Shown: one piece after another, positions 55,790 to 64,000 of the stretch
How the letters are laid out: the number at the start of each line of letters is the position of its first letter
Position numbering within the stretch: the stretch's first letter is position 1
Origin: the human T2T-CHM13v2.0 reference genome, Homo sapiens
NCBI RefSeq assembly: GCF_009914755.1
Contig: NC_060925.1
Direction: 5' to 3' (one strand)
DNA length: 64,000 bases
Notes under the pieces: generated by a model
The model's database searches: none
Told to the model about the DNA's origin: nothing
The model's input: only the letters and a program-made list of their open reading frames with translations
Translations under genes and position numbers: made by a program

Positions 55790-56500
55790 AGGATCCAGCA
55801 ATCCCACCACTGCGTCTGTAGCCAAAGGAAATGAAATTAGGATGTCAGAGAGAGATCTGCACTCCTGTGTTTATTGCAACACTGTTCACAATAACCAGGA
55901 TACGGTAGCACCCTGAGTGTCCATCTGTGGATGAATGTGTAAGGAAAATGTGGTCTGTGTCTACAGTGGAGTACTATTCAGCCATAAAACAGAATGAAAT
56001 CCTGCCATTGCCAACATCAGAGCTGAATATGGACAGCATTCTGTGAAGTGAAGTAAGCCAGGCACAGAAAGACAAATGCCACATGATCTCACTCCTAGGC
56101 AGAGTCTTAAAAAGTTGATCTCATGGCAGTGGACAATAGAATAGTCATTACCAGAGGCTGGGAATGGGGACGTCGGGGAGATGTTTGTCAGAGAATGTGT
56201 ATTTACAGTTAGACAGGAGGAATCAGTTCAAGGGGTTATTGTACAGCCTGGTGACTCGAGTTCATCATGATATATTCCTGAACATTGCTAAGAGGGTAGA
56301 TGTTAAATGCCCTCACCACAAAAATGATAGCTGTGTCATTATTTAATGAACAAATGTACTCCAAAGTACATTTGTACATAGTGCATTACTATGTAGTACA
56401 TTTGTTAATTAGCTAGATTTAATCTTTCCACAACGTTCATGTACTTCAAAACATCAGGTTGTATGCAATAAATACGTACAATTTATGTCCATGTCAAAAA
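55790..56500 (+). mobile_element. Old L1 (L1MA/MB-like) 3' end
   Basis: gatccagcaatcccac, tactattcagccataaaa…aatgaaatcctg and gccaggcacagaaagacaaat motifs. Confidence 0.85.
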
Positions 56501-56507
56501 AATTTGA

Positions 56508-56793
56508 GGCCAGGCGTAGTGGCTCACACCTGTAATCTCAGCACTTTGGGAGGCTGAGGCAAGAGGATCACTTGAGCCCAGGAGTTTGAGATTAGCCTGG
56601 GCAACATAGTGAAACCCTACCTCTACCAAAAATACAAAAAATTAGCCAGGCGTGGTGGTGCATGCCTGTGGTCCCAGCTACTTAGGAGGCTAAGGCAGGA
56701 GGTAGAGGCTGTGGTGAGTCATGTTTGCACCACTGCACTCCAGCCTGAGCAACAAAGCGAGACCCTGTCTAAAAAAAAATAAAAAAATAAAAA
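56508..56793 (+). mobile_element. Alu (AluJ-like) with a short internal deletion
   Basis: Alu consensus; right arm shortened. Confidence 0.88.
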
Positions 56794-57232
56794 CGGATAT
56801 ATTCTTATTAGCTAAAAGGTGACCATGAAGGAGCTGCTTTTAATAACTTGGCTGAAAAAAAGCCCATCATAGAAATGACTCATGGAAACAAATATTTGTT
56901 CTACATGTTATTCTGTACCTTGTTCTTCTTGAAGTTCACGTTGTGTATTTCCGATAGTTGAAATTAAATCATTTCGTCAATAAATATTTACAGAGGGCCT
57001 ACTGTGCACCAGGAATTTCTGCTAGGCCTCAGGAATGTAGCGGTGACTGGGATGAACGTAGTCACTGGCCTCACTGAGCCAACACAATTTCTCTTTACGT
57101 TCATGTATATGAGACCGAGTTTCTGGTGACAAAGGCTCATATCGTGTTGGGTTTTTGTAGTCCCGGTGGCTAACAACTTGAGTTGTCTTGTTCACCCTTA
57201 GTTCCCTAGAGCCTTGGCGCAGTCTTAGCCAG

Positions 57233-57312
57233 CAGTGGGCGTTCCGTAAACACAGTGGGCGTTCCGTAAACACAGTGGGTGTTCCGTAAACACAGTGGGC
57301 GTTCCGTAAACA
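57233..57312 (+). repeat. 20-bp tandem repeat x4 (cagtgggcgttccgtaaaca)
   Basis: Four copies, one C>T difference in the third. Confidence 0.95.
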
Positions 57313-57598
57313 TTTGTGGAATGAGTCCGTTCTGGCCGGATTCTCCATAGTTCTTCCCCAAGGATTTCAAGTGGTGTTTTGATCATGCTAGGCGCCACCA
57401 AACAAGCCGCTGGTGCTTAATTATTGTATCCATACCTCCTGACAATTCCTGCTCACTTTGTCGTTTCTGTCTTTGCAGTTTCCCTTCTTAAGTGTTAGGA
57501 TTTTCATTTTCCATTTTCCTTTATATAACCCATTTAAATCACGCCTTCATGTCCAGGTTAGATCATTCATTGTTCATCTCCAGGTCTCATTACAGCAC

Positions 57599-57888
57599 TT
57601 TTTTTTTTTTTTTTTTTTGAGACAGGGTCTCGCTCTGTCACCCAGGCTGGAGTGCAGTGGTGCCATCTCAGCTCGCTGCAACTTCTGCCCCGCCAGGTTC
57701 AGGCGATTCTCCTGCCTCAGCCTCCCGAGTAGCTGAGAATACGGGCACATGCTACCATGCCCAGCTAATTTTTGTGTTTTTAGTAGAGACTGGTTTCCCC
57801 ATGTTTCTCAGGCTAATCTTGAACTCGTGACTTCAGGTGATCCCCCTGCCTCAGCCTCCCAAAGTGCTGGGATTACAGGCATGAGCCC
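57599..57888 (-). mobile_element. Alu (AluS-like)
   Basis: Poly(T) plus reverse Alu. Confidence 0.9.
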
Positions 57889-59305
57889 GGTCAGCCCTTT
57901 TTTTTTTTTTTTTTTAAAGACCTCATTAGTCTTAGGAGTAATACGCTTTCTCTGTTCTTCTACATTCATTTCACTAGTCTTACTTTAGAATGTCTCAATT
58001 CTTGTTTATAATATTTCTGATTTTCACTGTGCACTGAAACTGTTGAGGCAGTGTGCTCCAAACTTGTTGCTTTCTGCAAAGTTAGCCGACTTTAAGATGT
58101 TCTCCTCTTTTGTAGACTCTTTAAAGGTGGGTGCAGAATCTGTATGGGAGTTCCAAATCTCTTTTGTGCTTCATGCCAATTAGCTGCAGTTTTACTACCT
58201 TTGTCTTTAGTTGGATTTGTTACTTCACTGACAGCAGAGTTGGCTCCTGCGTGGTGGAGGTGCCGTCGGTGCCCGAGACTGTGTTGTGATGTGGCTGCCT
58301 GAATGTTCCTTGGAGAATAGGTTTGAGATTTTCACCCTGAGACACCCCTAGCTCTAGTATTGAAAGATTTCAAATGAGAGATGATTGTCAGTTTGCTTTG
58401 CTGCCCTTGTAACATTTTGTCTAATCACTGTTGGTCCGTTGTTTTGGCAGTATCCTGAATGATTTTTCTGAACAAGTCCAAGACTGAATATGGGGATAGT
58501 GTAAAACAAAGATCAGGAAGAAGAAATATGGATGCAGAATTATGACAAATGAAGAAGTCCTAAGCAGCATTGCTCATTGCCATTTCTAGTGTTTTGGTAT
58601 ACAGAGTCAGAGAGTTTTCAAAAAGTGGAGTATGGCGGTTTTTTCTACGGCTAAATTTAGCCATTGCTTTGGAAAATCAGAGTGGTACAGCTTGTGCCTC
58701 ATCTCCACCCGGCCCTTACCCTTCCCTCTGCACTTGGACATCTTAAACGGCTTGCCAGGGAGGAGCAGCTTAATATACTCTCGTGGCACCATTTATTCTG
58801 GGAGGGAATTAAGTGACTTCATTTTCCCTGTCCTTCTGAGCTTCCTAAAAAATTTAGGAGACTTCCTAAGCAGCGCTCACAGTGCTCTACAGAAATAGTT
58901 GCAGGCATGCCTCCTTTGCCTCCTCAGCTCTCCCTGCCAGGGCAGCCAAGGGCTGTAAGTGGAATGAGAGATGGATGGCAGTGGGAGAGCACATGTGCAC
59001 TTGAGCTACAAATAACGTGTTTTAAAATAGCAGATGGTATTTGACGATTGCTTCTTCATTCACTTACCTGCCAAGGCAAAACTTTTTCTTCTCCTCTGGC
59101 AACAAGACCTGAGATGGCTCAGCTCAGCAGTTGTAATAACAAGTTCTCACGTTTGCCGATATTATTCATTAGCTGATGTGCAGGCATTCATATTCATGGA
59201 CGCTTTCTGGGGCTGTTCTAGAAAGTGTTCCTTTTGTTTAACCCGATCGAAACCTCATGTTTATACAACAGTTGAACCTGGCTGACTTGTTAAACACCTT
59301 GGTAA

Positions 59306-59721
<416 letters not shown>

Positions 59722-60766
59722 AAAGTTAGGGTTTGGTATTTTTCATGAGAAACTCAGTGGCTATAGAAAAGTGACACTGCTGGGAAGTTCCAGTGTGTGC
59801 CTGTGAAGAAGTCACCTCATACCCAGCCTTGCTTCCAGAGTCTTCACTGTAGCTGCGTGGTTTCCTTCCCTGAGCTTAAAGCAGATGGCAGCCAGCCGGG
59901 CAGACACTTGCTTTCCAAGTCAGCTCTGCTGGCCTTGGATCACTTTGACCATCCTCTCTTGCCCCTGGACAGGTGATAAAGCTGCTCACTGGTATATGAG
60001 CCACCTGGACTGCACCTGGGGAGCGGAGGCTGCTCAGGGTTCTTGCCCCAGAGTTTGGATGACCTCATCAATAAATAGGCTCCCAGGAGCTTAAATTAGA
60101 AAATAATCCTTTCCACATGCACTCACTTTCTGAATGGTGCTAGGGATACAAGACAAGGTCCCTGCTTTCAAAAAGCTCACATTCTAGCCTCTAGCAGGAA
60201 TGACACCTAGGAAAAGAACTATCCCTTCATTGGCTCAGTACTGTTAGGACCCAGGGCAAAATGTGGAAGGTTTACCAGGCATAGCAGAAAGAACACTGGT
60301 CTGGAGTCCAGTCTGTGTTCAAATCTCTGCCCTGATACTTACAAGTGGTATGCTCTTGGGTAAGTAACAAATTTTCTTAGCATCAGCTTCCTCATCCGAA
60401 AATGAAGGGGAAAATCTTTATTTCAGAGTCATTTTGAGGATTAGACATAATCCATGTAAAATGTCTGGCTTACTGTAGATGTCCAGTAGCTGCTATTATT
60501 ATTATTAATAATATTGGAGTGATGTCTGAGCCACACTCTGAAGAGTTAAGAAGTTCACCAGGTGGATGAGGAGAAAGGTTGGCCTCGGCAGAGGCCCAGA
60601 GGTAAGTAAAATTCCTGGTCGTGAGCCAGGAATTTTGGAGAACATTGAGTTATGAGAGAACCCTAGAAACGTAGCCTGGGATGGTTGGTAAAGAACAGTC
60701 CATTCTGTGTCACAACAAAGAGTTTACATTTTATTTTGTATGTTCAGGAGGAGGGATTTATTTTAC

Positions 60767-60957
60767 CTTATTTTTATTTATTTATTTTTTTGAGACAGAG
60801 TCTCACTCCATCGCCCAGGCTGGAGTGCAGTGTATTTTTATTAGAGATGGGGTTTCGCCATGTTGGCCAGGCTGGTCTTGAACTCCCGACCTCAGGTGAT
60901 CCGCCCACCTCAGCCTCCCACAGTGTTGGGATTACAAGTGTGAGCCACCACGCCCAG
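60767..60957 (-). mobile_element. Alu with a large internal deletion
   Basis: …ggagtgcag joins directly to tgtattttta…; gaggaggga on both flanks. Confidence 0.85.
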
Positions 60958-61844
60958 ACAGAGGAGGGACTTAATTTTTTAAACTAAATTATCTGATAAA
61001 ATATCAGGAACCATCTCCTGGTGTATTGCTCAGTACAACCAGGAAAATTGATTAGATTTGAAGATTGAAAGTGAGTTGTGTAAAATCCAGAGGAAGCAGT
61101 AGGTGCTGCTGGGGCCTGAGGGCCTGGGAAATCTGGCTAGGAGCTGGTTTCCTGGCATAGACACTTTCTCACTCACAGCAGACGCCCAGACACTCGGGAT
61201 TCTCCACTTTTACAGCAGCAAATCCCAGCCCTTCTAAACTTAGAACACACTGTGGGTGTCTGATTTCATGAAATTGTCTCTGTCTTTAAAACATTGCTAA
61301 GGAATTTTAAACATTTAAGTGAATATTAATTTGGGACATTTTAAAGTGAGTCCCTTTGAAGGTTAGGAACCCCTGTCAGAGAAAGAGGAAAAGATGTCCC
61401 ATGACTGTGCTGTGTGACACTTCGTGGAACAGCTGTGATGGAGAGGCTAGGATGGGGTCGACCCAGCAAAAGAAAAGGGAATCTGAAGCCCCAACTAACC
61501 ATTCCTTGACCCTTGGGCCATTGTTTGGAAGAGTTTTTTCATCTTCTTCTTGATCGTTGTAATACTCAAAGCTATTCTGGGATTATGAGTCTATTTCTAT
61601 TTATACTTATGCTTTCTAATATTGTTGGAAACTAAGAATTGAAGTATAATAAGGTAAATGAATATACTACTATACTATAACCTATGCTTATACTTTTGAG
61701 ATACAGGAGTTAAACCTGAAGGTCTCTTTTTTTTTTAGTTTAATATATCAATAAGGTTTCTTTTCAGCATTTCATTTATCGGTTTATTACAGCTAGGTAA
61801 CACACACAGTTACTTTCATCATCATTTGATCTATTTTTAAAATG

Positions 61845-61977
61845 CCAGCTGGGCATGGTGGCTCATGCCTGTAATTGCAGCACTTTGGAAGGCTGAGGCA
61901 GGCAGGAGGATAGCTTGAGGCCAGGAGTTCAGGACCAGTCTGGGCAACATAGCAAGACCGCAGCTCTAAAAAAAAAT
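61845..61977 (+). mobile_element. Alu monomer (FLAM-like)
   Basis: Single left-arm-like unit with A tail. Confidence 0.8.
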
Positions 61978-61999
61978 ACCCTCAGAAGGCTCTAATAAA

Positions 62000-63500
<1,501 letters not shown>

Positions 63501-63596
63501 TTTAACCATGCTCCCATAGATGGGGCTGGGCAGAAGGCCCCAGTCTACTAGCTCAGGCATAAGAGAGTCATATTCCTTCAAAAGATTGCATGTATG

Positions 63597-63894
<298 letters not shown>

Positions 63895-64000
63895 TTAGTT
63901 TATTTCATCCTCACAAACAAGAAGGGATATGTATATAAATATCCCCATTTTACAGATGAGAAAATTGAGGTGCAAAGTGGGAATCATTTTTCCAAAGTCA

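Noticed and set aside
57233-57312. Short direct repeats resembling a CRISPR array
   Set aside because: No unique spacers, and the context is a human intron; ordinary tandem repeat
56970-57325. Opposed L2 3' ends as a miR-28/151-type hairpin source
   Set aside because: The tails point away from each other and lie ~300 nt apart, with no compact stem visible

Overview
Primate, almost certainly human, genomic DNA from inside CAMTA1 (calmodulin-binding transcription activator 1, 1p36), transcribed on the + strand. The window holds four canonical coding exons, numbered 8-11 from my recollection of the reference transcript: 765-905, 2392-4238, 9955-10081 and 16636-16770. They splice in frame and encode the region after the CG-1 domain, the long Ser/Thr-rich segment and the IPT/TIG domain. 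The remaining ~47 kb is intron 11, with two CpG islands and many Alu, L1, L2, MIR, LTR and DNA-transposon remnants. The main observation is a set of three candidate internal first exons, each with its own promoter-like motifs. Candidate A (intron 9) has paired RFX X-boxes and ends ATG|GTAACT, in phase with exon 10. Candidate B (CpG island 1) reads MNFASGPMLQWPGG and ends G|GTGAGC, in phase with intron 11. Candidate C (CpG island 2) is a non-coding exon behind CRE, NF-Y and GC-box motifs. Together they would give N-terminally truncated CAMTA1 proteins lacking the DNA-binding domain. Candidate CAMTA-type binding motifs sit at these promoters, and several NMD-coupled splice options surround exons 8-11. 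Expression is not visible in the sequence, and some short isoforms may already be annotated. Repeat boundaries and subfamilies were judged by eye.
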